A stretch of 64,000 bases of DNA from positions 161,820,001 to 161,884,000 of the forward strand of contig OZ024741.1 in assembly GCA_964016885.1 (NCBI GenBank), in the 5' to 3' direction. Source of the stretch: Eledone cirrhosa (Eukaryota). Made by a program: the position numbers and the translations under genes. Under the pieces are notes generated by a model. That model saw only the letters and a program-made list of their open reading frames with translations. It searched no databases and had not been told where the DNA came from. Below, one piece after another: positions 52,003 through 64,000 of this stretch; positions within the stretch are counted from its first letter, which is position 1; every line of letters begins with the position of its first letter.

Positions 52003-52792
52003 TACGAACAATACGCGGATAATTTACGTCTTGATGTGGTAGCTAAATATATTTTATGTTTATACCATTACTTATGTGTATAGGTAAGTATACCTTATCC
52101 GTATGTTTTGTGATGGTACGTATACTTTCTCGTACGTATATTTGCTTGTATTTGTTATAGGTGTATATATTATATTATATATGCTGGTACTTGTGTATAT
52201 GGTTATGTGTATATGTGTATTTTGTGTTTGTGTGTGTATGCGTGTTTGCATGTGTGTAAGGTGTGTATACGTGTACTTTGTGTTTTGGTTGACGTACGTT
52301 TAGTGAACATATGTGTAGTTACCTGTAGGTACGTGTGTGCGTGCGTTATATACGTATTTATGTGTGTATACTCGTATATGTATACTCACATGCGCGGATG
52401 CGTGTATGTATATATTTAATTATTGTTGATTTCAATAACCTCTGTCATTTTCGTTCTACTAATTTATTTACCGATAAAATAAAGTACCAGTAATGCACTG
52501 GGTAATTGCTGGCCTTGTGCCAAAAGTAGAAACAATTATTCCTTACTCTGAAGCCGAGAATCATTCGGTTTCCTAAATAGAATATTAATCTACGACTTCA
52601 TTTATACCATAAACGTAGTTTTGTCTTTGCGTGTAATTGTTCTCACCGCTCCACATAATGACGTATTATCTTCGCTTTTTTCCGTTCATTGCCCGGGAAC
52701 GTCTTCACGAACCAAAGTATCGTCTTCCTGCTTTCCTTCGGTTTCAACGTTTTTCGAAATATTTACTTCTACGTTCACAGATTGATTTTTTT

Positions 52793-52845
52793 AGTTTCAG
52801 AAGATCCCGTTAAGGGTGAAAGCAGCGATTCTTTGCTTAAATCTG
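52793..52845 (+). ncRNA. Hammerhead-like motif with CAGAAGA core
   Basis: aguuu CAGAAGA ucccguuaagggu GAAA gcagcgauucuuugc UU aaauc; AATAAA follows. Confidence 0.5.
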
Positions 52846-53256
52846 TTAGTTTAATAAATATTTGCTCTAGGGTTCTTATATATTTGATATATATTTTTCC
52901 TTATCGAGCCCCCTTTGGATTTTAGTCTTCAAATTTATTATTATTACTATATATATATATATATATATATTAATTGCCCCTTCCCCACCCCAATGTATAT
53001 GTGAACTTAAATACTTGAGTAGATGTGTATACATATGTGCGTATAGATGTGTATACATGTGTATATAACAAGGAAAGTGTGGTAAGAAACCAGCTGGACC
53101 ATAGCGCACCAGAGCACTTAGGGTAGTAGAGTGGGTAATAGAAAAAGAGTCAGGACGGGTGAGCTACGGCCGTTTCGACACCTAGATCCGAACAGTTTGG
53201 ATTTAGCTGTCGAAACGGCCGGAGTTCAGCCGTCGGGGTCCTGATTCTTTTCCTAT

Positions 53257-53314
<58 letters not shown>

Positions 53315-53363
53315 AAGAATGAGGAGTAACATGGTTGGCTGTACAATAAGGGCTTTATTTAAA

Positions 53364-53477
53364 GTACTGACAATTGTTTCGTTGATCAGGTGTGTCTAGA
53401 GTTCGCTAATCGCTTGAGGTTGCGTCAATCGATCTCTAATACATTGTTTGCAACTGGTCAACTCATCAGAGCCGTAC
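53364..53477 (-). ncRNA. Type I hammerhead ribozyme with long stem II insert
   Basis: gcu CUGAUGA guugaccag...cugaucaac GAAA caauug UC agu; palindromic ACAAUUGU; AAUAAA about 10 nt downstream. Confidence 0.8.
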
Positions 53478-53531
53478 GTTAAAACTATCCACGACGCGGA
53501 GTACTCTAACTGGATTACCTATAACGATATC

Positions 53532-53596
<65 letters not shown>

Positions 53597-53832
53597 GGAG
53601 GTGATGATTGAAAACTGCACTATCCACAAGTGTTTTTTAGCCTTCATATCATGTCCTCCTGTTTTATCTGATGAAAACACAAATATTATTGCATGATGAT
53701 GTTTGTTTTTGAAATGCGCATAATAAAATACATGGAACTCCTTTAACCATCTTTTGATCTTATATATTATATATATATATGCATATATGTGTATGTATGT
53801 GTACATGTGTGTGTGTGTATATACATATATAT

Positions 53833-53886
<54 letters not shown>

Positions 53887-54289
53887 ATGTATCTGTGTGT
53901 ATGTATATGTATATGGGCTGTATGTATGTTTACATATAGGGAAGTAAATATGTGAGCTAGCATGTTCCCTCCTCCCACTTCCGCTCCCAAACTAATATCA
54001 ACAACATACATTTCTGACAAATATTCCAAAATTATCCTTATTTTTCTCTTTGCTGTCATCCCATTTTTTATGAGTTTGACAGTCGCCACCGACGAATGCG
54101 ACAAAGTTCTCCAGGAAAGTTAACCAGGAATCTTTAAAAATCTCCCCACCGAAGTTAACAAAGAACTTACTAGATCTACCAAATCATAATATTATAAGAT
54201 TAAATCAAATTGTTTAGAACTACAAGTGAAGTCATTCTTTTCCTTTTTTTAAATATACCTAACTATACCAAGGATTTCACACATTTTCC

Positions 54290-54419
<130 letters not shown>

Positions 54420-54481
54420 ACTATATATATATATATATCGGTCATATCTGATGACTTCGTTTCAGTATTATAATATATATA

Positions 54482-54675
54482 GGGCGGTGAATTGGCAGTA
54501 TCGGTAGAGGTTGGACGCCATGCTTTGACGCATAGAGTTACGGCCTTTGCCATTCTGAGTTCAAATTCCGCCGAGGTTAACCTTGCCTTTCATCCTTACG
54601 GGGTCGATAAAATAAAGTACCAGAAATACACTGGGATAATTGCTGGCCTTGTGCCAAAAGTAGAAACAATTATTA
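54482..54675 (+). mobile_element. tRNA-SINE (abundant family)
   Basis: Full head-core-tail copy. Confidence 0.85.
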
Positions 54676-55949
54676 TAATACATATATACACACACAGAAT
54701 ACAGAGAGAGAGAGAGAGGGGGGGAGGGGGACTAGAGAATGAGAGAACAGATAATGAGAGTTAGTGGGAGAGAATGAATCTTTAAAAAAAAAATAGAAGA
54801 TAAACAAGAAGAAAAGCCTACTGGCTAATTAAGAACCACAACGGAAGTCAGTTGATAGAAGATCACTCCATGAACACTTTATATAAGTTGAGGAGAGAGA
54901 GAGAGAGAGAAGGGGGATGTGGGGACAGCTTAGAGGCAGAAAAAGAAGGGAGATGTTACATTTAAGGAGCAGAAATGTCTCAAACGAGAGAAGTTGGCTT
55001 TAGTAATGATTAGTTTGCAGTATTTCGTCTATTTTGTCCAGAATCTTGCTCCTGGCATCAAGTATTACAACGTAAGTGGTCCCAAAGTGGACCCGGAAAG
55101 GCACCATGAAAAATATAATAGAAACATATTATTCTTGTTGCAGCCCCCAATAATATTACTATATATAGTTGGGAGATCGGTAACAAGAAACACCGAGTAG
55201 TGACTCACAAAATCTCAACTTTGAATATATATTTATCAGCTCTTTCAGAAAGAAGACATACAAATGGAGTAAGTGCTAACGAAGAGTTAAAATAGAAGGT
55301 AATAGACGTCGACAATGTCACAGGTTGTGGCGAAAGGAAAGGACTTTGACAATTACTCGCAGGTCATGAATAGCCCTCCACCCTTAGTTTATTAATTTTT
55401 CATATTTGTCCCCCCGGCTTAGTAAATTCTGCTAATCTATCTCCAGCGAAATTTTATTGTAAGTGATTCATATCGATACAGCAGCTGGAGAATCTAATAA
55501 TAATTGTCCAACGTCCGGAATTGGGAGAGAATTTACTGCTCTTTCTAGCACACAATTACTGTCTGTCCGTCCGCTCCACCTCTCTCTAACTAAAACATCT
55601 GTATGTGTTTTTATTTGCTGTCGACCGATCTGACCACTCGCCAATGACCCCTTTTCCCGAAAACGGAGGCAGGGAGGGAAGGGGCCCTTGGAGTTACAGA
55701 TAAGCACATCTTAGCCGTTTAGAGTTGTAGAAAAGCACCCGCTGGAGATCGCGAAGAAATTTTTTACCTAGGATTTTTCATGTGTTTTTAAATAATCTGT
55801 CCTACGACATGCTCGCAATCGCCTTCTTTTCCGAAAACGAAATTTGATGGAGAATTCCCAGCCTCGGAGATTTCTTCGGTAGGAATAACAGAGGCGGGAG
55901 AGGGGACTCTCAGAGTTACAGATAAGCACCTCTCAGCCGTCTACATTTA

Positions 55950-56760
55950 TAGAAAAGAGATCCCTTGGTCGTGAAGGATGTTTTCATCCTTCGTCGTGGA
56001 AAGCGTTGTAAGCTTAATTAATCAAGTGTTCCCTAATTTCTAAATCCACCATTCCAATGAGGAGTGGCTGTGTGAATGAACATTCCTTGCCCCGCAAAAT
56101 ATCACAGTGAATGCCATCAAACCTATAAATCTATTGACAAAGTTGTCGATAGTAACAATGCTATCCATTATCTCGTTGAATTTCTCAAGAATCTTGAACT
56201 GTCTGTTATGTTGCTACACAACCTTGAATTGAAGAAGGACACAGTCATCATGCTTCTCAGGAACTTGGATCAGCCAAGATTGTGCAATTAGATGCGTATT
56301 GTTGTGACTGAGCTACAGCCTCATATTTTCGAAACCAAAATCCCAAATGCTCCCTGGATGGGGTAAGTGGGACATCGTATTTATACCTAGAATGATGGTA
56401 ATACTAACAGATGTTCCCTTTCGTTTCAAACGATTGTAATTCCCAGTGAGAGTCAGTTATGCAATGACCGTTAACAAGTCACAAGGCCAAACCCTGCAGG
56501 TTGTCGGTCTCCATCTAGAAGAGGGATGTTTCTCACATCGTCAAATGTATATAGATTATTAAAGACTAGGAAGACCCAACAACCTCTTCATATATGGTCC
56601 AAAGAAAAAAGTTTAAAACATTGTATATACTGAAGTTCTGTAAATTTTTAATAATTTTCGTAGAATACATTTACTCTTATTTTCCTTATTACTTTCTGTA
56701 TTTAGATATTTTAAAATGGGCATTACGATAAATGCCAATATGCCAATATGCCAATATGCC
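55950..56760 (+). mobile_element. Helitron RepHel helicase remnant
   Basis: VEFLKNLELS..HNLELKK..IMLLRNLDQPRLCN...FRFKRL.FPVRVSYAMTVNKSQGQTLQVVGLHLEEGCFSH.QMY...NIVYTEVL*. Confidence 0.88.
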
Positions 56761-57084
56761 ATGAAGGCTAATTCGCCGCCTATGCCACAGCTCAACCAGT
56801 GATGACGGATACAAATCTAGAAAGACGTATCTGACGTTCTCACGCGGTTACTGAGATCGATCATGGCTTAAAATAGCTGTGAATCGATTATGGCTTAAAA
56901 TATTAATGGCGAGACTCTTGTATATTTATTATGCATAAACATATCGTATATGCCTTCATACCCCTATTATAAATCATATGTTAATACTACTGCTAATTAA
57001 GGGTTCTTATAATGTCTGAAACCTTTTTACGCTGAAAATATTAGTTTTAAATTATTCAGTTTTTGCTTTAATATTGCTACGTAT

Positions 57085-57675
57085 AACGTTGTTTCTAACA
57101 TAAGCACAAGGCCAGCAATTTAAGGTGGGTGAAAGTGGCGTCAAAGTCGATTATATCGACCCAGAGCTTGCCTGGTACTTTATTTTATCGATCTCTAAAG
57201 TATGAAAGGAGAACTTGACCTCGGTAGGATTTGAACGCAGGACGTAAGGAGCTGGAACAAATATTGCTAAGCATTTATCCAACGCTCTAACAACTCTGCC
57301 AATTTACCACCCTGTTGTATGTATAATATTGGTTTCTGATTTAGGTAGAAGGCCAACAATATTTTGTGGGGAGAGGAAAGTCGATTAAATCGACCTCAGT
57401 ACAATACTGGAATTTTATTTTATCGACCCCGTAAGGATGAAAAGCAAAGCTAACCGCGGCAGGGTTTGAAGCATGTTGTCCGACGCTCTACCGATATTGC
57501 CAATCCACCGCCCCAATTTTATGTATAATATTGAATTCTAATACAGGCACAAGGTCTCAGGATTGGTGAGAGGAGTCAGTTATTCAACTGAACCACTACT
57601 TAACTGGTACTTTATTTTATCAACACCGGAAGGATGAAAGGCAATGTTGACCTTGACAGGAACTGAACTCAGAAT
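57085..57675 (-). mobile_element. Three tandem diverged tRNA-SINE copies
   Basis: Repeated 'ggtactttattttatcgac..aaggatgaaaggc..gacctcgg..gatttgaac'. Confidence 0.8.
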
Positions 57676-58245
57676 GTATAACATAGCTCTATGGACAACT
57701 AGTTACTTTCCGATTCTCCTAGTGTGAACGTCCGCTATAGGTTAGATGATGGGTTGTTCAATATTTCGTTTCCGTTCCGAGACAAAATCTATTGTCAATA
57801 GGGTCTGTGACTTATGATATGAAGATGACAATGCAACACGTTACAACAAAGAGTTAGATTAATAAGTGCATAATCAAGGACAAAGAAAAAAAGGAAGAAG
57901 TTTAGTAAGTGTGAGAGAGAAAAAGGTATAGAGAAGAGTGAGTGTGTATGTGTGTTCGTGAGAGACAATATGTGTGCGAGAAAGAGAGTGAAAATATAAG
58001 GGAGAGAATTGGAAATAAATTGACGGGGATATATGGTTTGTAAGTAGGTTACTGTGTTGTCTTGGTTAATCTATCGATCAAATCCAGTGTTTGTGGTTTC
58101 ACTTGGCTTTTAAATACATCTTCCTATAATCTGTTATACTCTCCGACATCCACTCTCTCATCCTCTCTCTTTCTATCACCTTTTTAGTGTTTCTAGTATA
58201 TTCTCCACATACATACTCTCTCGCCCTTTCTTCACACACACACGC

Positions 58246-58306
<61 letters not shown>

Positions 58307-58551
58307 TACACACAACACATATACACATACAGACACATACACACACACACACACACACATATCTGTAAGGTTTTTATCACGCTATTTTGTTTTTCTCTCT
58401 TTCTTCTCTCAACATTGGCTATCTACCAACCAACCAGCCAAATAATCTATCTATCTATCTATCTATCTATTATTCTATCAACCAATTAATCTATCTCTCC
58501 CGCTCTCTATCCATATTTCTTTCTTTCCATCTCTCTTCCCCACTCTCTCTC

Positions 58552-58620
<69 letters not shown>

Positions 58621-58621
58621 G

Positions 58622-58696
<75 letters not shown>

Positions 58697-59105
58697 GCAG
58701 ATGGACGATGCAGTAATTTAATTTAAAAGCCTCTAACTTATTTTGAAATTGATAATTTTCTTAATAAAATCCACTACACCCACCTCAAATTTAGCTGTTG
58801 TTCATCCCATTACTACAACAATTGCCAATATATTGTACAGCCCCCCCCCCCAGGATCGATTAATCAAAACTCTTCACTTTCGATGCTGCAATGTACTTTA
58901 AGGAAGAGTCAATTTTGTTTTTTACTTCGTCGGTTCAAAACAAGCTGGAGGCAACATAAGACTCCTAGAGAAATGTTCAATGGTTACCCTTGTATTTCTG
59001 ATATTGTGTGAAAGAGAGTGGCGAGATTTGCTGGTCAGTACCACCGCTCTCCAAATGGAACTCTTTCTCCTTTATAGCTTTAGTAAACCAACATCTGTCA
59101 AATAT

Positions 59106-59493
59106 CAAGGGCTGGATTTAGACCCTGTAGGGGCCTTAAACACAAAAAATTAGAATACACAGCAAACCCCCAATTTTACATATCAAAGACGACTTGGCGC
59201 AATTAATTGGAATTGAAAAGTTATACATACCAAGGACGGTGGAAACATGTATGAATTGGGGTGGGGGTGGGGTGGGGGCAAATTTGGACAATTTAGTTGT
59301 AGTGATTAGTTTAGTTCTTTGCACCCTAAAATGGTCAGAAAACTTCAATATGCGATAAACATAACATGTACATAAATTGTAGTGTATATACAAATAGATG
59401 TGTCTTTTGGTAGATTGGAGAGAAAATATAATTATTGGGTGTGTGTGTGTGGGGGGGGGGGTGTCATGCCAATCCCCAGTCCCACCGCCACTG
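59106..59493. mobile_element. hAT-like non-autonomous element
   Basis: CAAGGGCTGGA start and CCGCCACTG end; internal sequence shared with 15520-15570. Confidence 0.5.
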
Positions 59494-59629
59494 TATATAT
59501 ATAATTTTAAAAAAAATTATGCTCTGTGCCCTTTCCTAACGGGTTAATATATCGAGCTACTTCGCATTTGGTAAGAAACTGGTATTATACCCAATTTATT
59601 CATCTCCCATATATATATATATATATATA

Positions 59630-60205
59630 GGAACATACCCACGAACAAACACTCACATTTTTTTTCGAACCACGCTACCTACATCCACACCACGTACAAA
59701 CACAAACGTGCGTATCCCCACATATACACACACTCAGCCTCCGGAATCCACACGCCCCCCTCTGACCCCTCTCCATCCACACGCACGCACACACCGGTTC
59801 CCCTTTTTCCTGAACATGGAACCTCGTTCTTCCTCCAACTCTCACATTCACATACACACGCACACACACACACGTACACCTACACACATACACAAACACC
59901 ACTTTCAGCCCCCCCCTACCCCCTCTCCCAACTCCACCCACCACGACCCCTACACGCCTCACACCCTTCCGCCACTTGTTTATTTTTATGTTTATGTTTA
60001 TTTTTGTTTTCATTTGTACTTCTAAAATCGCCCCCCCCCCCTTTTTTTCTAAATGTCTTTCCACCACTCCCCCACACAACCCCAGATCTCTCTTCCTACC
60101 CACTTTTCTCCTGATGAAGGGCTTATGCCCGAAACGTCCCCCCCACCACTCTCAAAAGTGTGAATCTCATAAACTCATATTTGTACTTCCTCTCTGTTTT
60201 TAACT
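59630..60205 (+). mobile_element. 3' terminus of the Neptune-type PLE family of 34870-37665
   Basis: Aligns with 36950-37645, including the HHR. Confidence 0.85.
60101..60160 (+). ncRNA. Minimal PLE hammerhead ribozyme
   Basis: cacuuuu..CUGAUGA a gggc uuau gccc GAAA cg UC ...aaaagug (distal stem I). Confidence 0.75.
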
Positions 60206-60537
60206 ATATATATAACGAAGGAATTGTGGTAAGGAATCAGATGGACCATAACGCACCAGGGTACTCAATACTTAGGGTAGTAGAGTGGGTAATAGGAAAA
60301 AGTATGACCCCGACGGCAGAGCTCAAGCCGTTTCGACGGCTATTTCTAGACAGAAATAACCGTTTTGACGGCTATTTGTAACGCGAACTGGCGCGAAATT
60401 TATTATAATTATTGACAAACCAATCAAATTACTTGTCGAAAAAAATGGCATTTCGAGCCACTTTTTCCATATAAAACAAGTAACATTCAGAGACCAACCA
60501 GATGTGAGAAAAACCACAGACCCTCCATCTCAACTCA

Positions 60538-60575
60538 CCTTTTGAAAAGCAGAAGAACTGCGAAACCGGTAAAGG
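60538..60575 (+). ncRNA. Minimal hammerhead with compensatory U3-A8 core
   Basis: ccuu UUGAAAA gcag aagaa cugc GAAA ccgg UA aagg; all three stems perfect; AATAAA at 60581. Confidence 0.8.
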
Positions 60576-60702
60576 AACCAAATAAATATATATATATATT
60601 TTTTAAAATAAGACTCCAGTAGCATTTTCGATTTCATCTTTTTTTTCTTTATACTCGTGAAGGACACCTCGGTTATTTTTCAATTTGTAAAAAAAACCTC
60701 AC

Positions 60703-60706
<4 letters not shown>

Positions 60707-60750
<44 letters not shown>

Positions 60751-61137
60751 ATATCTATGTATATATATATATATGTATATATATGTATATATGTGTATAT
60801 ATATGTATATATGTGTATATATGTATATATATGTGTATATATATGTATATATATGTGTATATATATGTATATATGTGTATATATGTGTATATATGTATAT
60901 ATATGTGTATATATATGTATATATGTGTATATATGTATATATATATGTATATATATGTATATGTGTATATATATGTATATATGTGTATATATATGTATAT
61001 ATATGTGTATATATATATGTATATATATGTATATATATATGTATATATATATGTATATATATGTGTATATATATATGTATATATATATGTATATATGTGT
61101 ATATATATGTGTATATATGTGTATATATATATATATA

Positions 61138-61172
<35 letters not shown>

Positions 61173-61917
61173 ATATATGTGTATATATATGTGTATATAT
61201 GTGTATATATATATATATACTTATATATATACTTATATATACATATATATATATATATATGTATATATGTGTATATATATGTGTATATATGTGTATATAT
61301 ATATATACTTATATATATACTTATATATACATATATATATATATATATATACATATATATATACATATATATACATATATATATACATATATATACATAT
61401 ATATATACATATATATATACATATATATATACATATATATACACATATATATACATATATATACATATATATATACATATATATACATATATATATACAT
61501 ATATATATACATATATATACATATATATACATATATATACCTATATATATACATATATATACATATATATATACATATATATACATATATATATACATAT
61601 ATATACATATATATATACATATATATACATATATATATACATATATATACATATATATACACATATATATACATATATATACATATATATACATATATAT
61701 ATACATATATATACATATATATATACATATATATACATATATATATACATATATATATACATATATATATACATATATATATACATATATATATACATAT
61801 ATATATATATATACATATATATATACATATATATATACATATATATACATATATATATATACATATATATACATATATATACATATATATACATATATAT
61901 ACATATATATACATATA
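60707..61917. repeat. (TA)n/(TATG)/(TACA) microsatellite that switches strand bias midway
   Basis: Direct reading. Confidence 0.95.
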
Positions 61918-61919
61918 TC

Positions 61920-62085
61920 GGGTCGTTTCTTGAAGAGGGGGACGAGAATGGCACTCTTCCAGTTCTGTGGGTCTGTATCCTTCAACCACACTTGGTGGGA
62001 TATGTTGTTCTATTTCTATCATGCTATCTTTCCCAGGTGCTTTGCCAGTGTTCCTTTGTTTCACTGCAGTCTTAATCTCTCCCAA
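61920..62085 (-). mobile_element. Short RTE-like RT N-terminal fragment
   Basis: [18 protein letters not shown]...[15 protein letters not shown]. Confidence 0.65.
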
Positions 62086-63125
62086 TATACTTCTCTTCAT
62101 CATCTATATTAATGACATCACTGACATCATCAAACACAGCAACATTAGAATTTTCGCTGATGATTTCAAGCTCCAGAAGGTCATCAATGGCGGGGATGAC
62201 CGGATAAGTCTTCAGTCAGACCTACTGGCGGTTACCCAATGGGCGGAAAAGAACAACCTGCTACTGAATGAAGACAAATTCAAACTGATCCACTTTGGAA
62301 AAGAGGATGCTCTGAAACTCCCGTACTCCCTTCCCTCCGGTGAAACTCTCGTGGCATCTAACAACATCAGAGACTTGGGAGTAACTGTGGACAGCAACAT
62401 AAGCTGGGCCACGTATATAAGCAGCAAAGTTGACATGGCTCGCAGAATGTGTTCCTGGATCCTCAGAACCTTCCAGTCGAGAGATTCCCACACCATTATC
62501 CTTCTCTTCTCCACTTTTGCCCGACCACACCTTGAATACTGTTGTCCACTGTGGTCTCTCCACACGAAACAAAGTATCATGAAACTTGAAGCTCCCCAAA
62601 GGGCAATCACGAAAAATATAGATGGCATATCAGACCTTGATTACTGGAGCCGACTAGAAAAGCTGAAACTTTACTCACTCCAACGTCGCCGCGAGCGTTA
62701 TATTATCTGCATGACGTGGACAATGTTTCATCAGCACTGCCCGAATGATGTTGGCATCACCTTCAAAATACACCCAAGGCTTGGGCCCCGTGCTATCCGT
62801 CCCAAACAGAAATCTAAATCGCAACTCATAACAACAATACGGCACAATTATTTCACCTCAATTGGCCCTGCTCTCTTCAACATCACACCAGGACACGTCA
62901 AAACAGAAACTGACCACACAAAATTCAAGAAGTCTTTGGACAAATTCCTCCAAGTAATCCCGGACAAACCACCCACACCCGGATATGTCTCCGCAAACAG
63001 TAATTTCCTTCTCGAATGGGACATGGTGCCCAAATCCTGAATTGAAAGACTTCGTCAGGTGGTGCTATTAAGTTAGACATGGCCAGGGCCAATACTGGCC
63101 AAAACATTTCAAAGTTATTCAAAGT
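62086..63125 (+). mobile_element. CR1-clade LINE, 5'-truncated, open RT C-terminus to stop at 63040
   Basis: [47 protein letters not shown]. Confidence 0.92.
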
Positions 63126-63846
<721 letters not shown>

Positions 63847-64000
63847 GAAAGGTATAGAAAACACTGCAGCGAAAAGCCAACAGCACTCCATAATATATAA
63901 GTGACTATAGCGTCAAAATGGGAAAAATAGTTAACGTAAGATGTGGGAAAAATAATTCAAACTCATCTCAAAGAGAATCAGGATATAAATTCATCCACAG

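Noticed and set aside
55950-56645. Host PIF1 helicase gene
   Set aside because: Intronless, with stops and frameshifts, duplicated, and one copy ends in a Helitron hairpin-CTAG.
59495-59590. GAAA-ctgg-TA-ttata as a possible hammerhead 3' half
   Set aside because: The 5' core is not recognisable; too degenerate.

Overview
Eukaryotic, AT- and microsatellite-rich DNA. The SINE families and repeat content resemble a coleoid cephalopod such as Octopus (inference). The only host gene is the 3' part of METTL2 (tRNA m3C methyltransferase): five + strand coding exons between 1589 and 10407, with GT-AG sites and consistent phases. The rest is nested transposon debris: RTE, R4/Dong, CRE, Tx1/L1 and CR1 LINEs, tRNA-SINEs, hAT, Tc1/mariner, piggyBac MITEs, Helitrons and Penelope-like elements (PLEs). 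The most striking signal is a dense set of type I hammerhead ribozyme (HHR) motifs. About 15 full motifs and several half motifs from several unrelated families sit next to (TA)n tracts. Some carry non-canonical cores (compensatory U3-A8 'UUGAAAA'; 'CAGAAGA') and some have very long stem II inserts. Many are embedded in fold-back palindromes or back-to-back chimeric cassettes. All structures were read by eye and no database or folding search was run. Most ORF-track entries are microsatellite artefacts.
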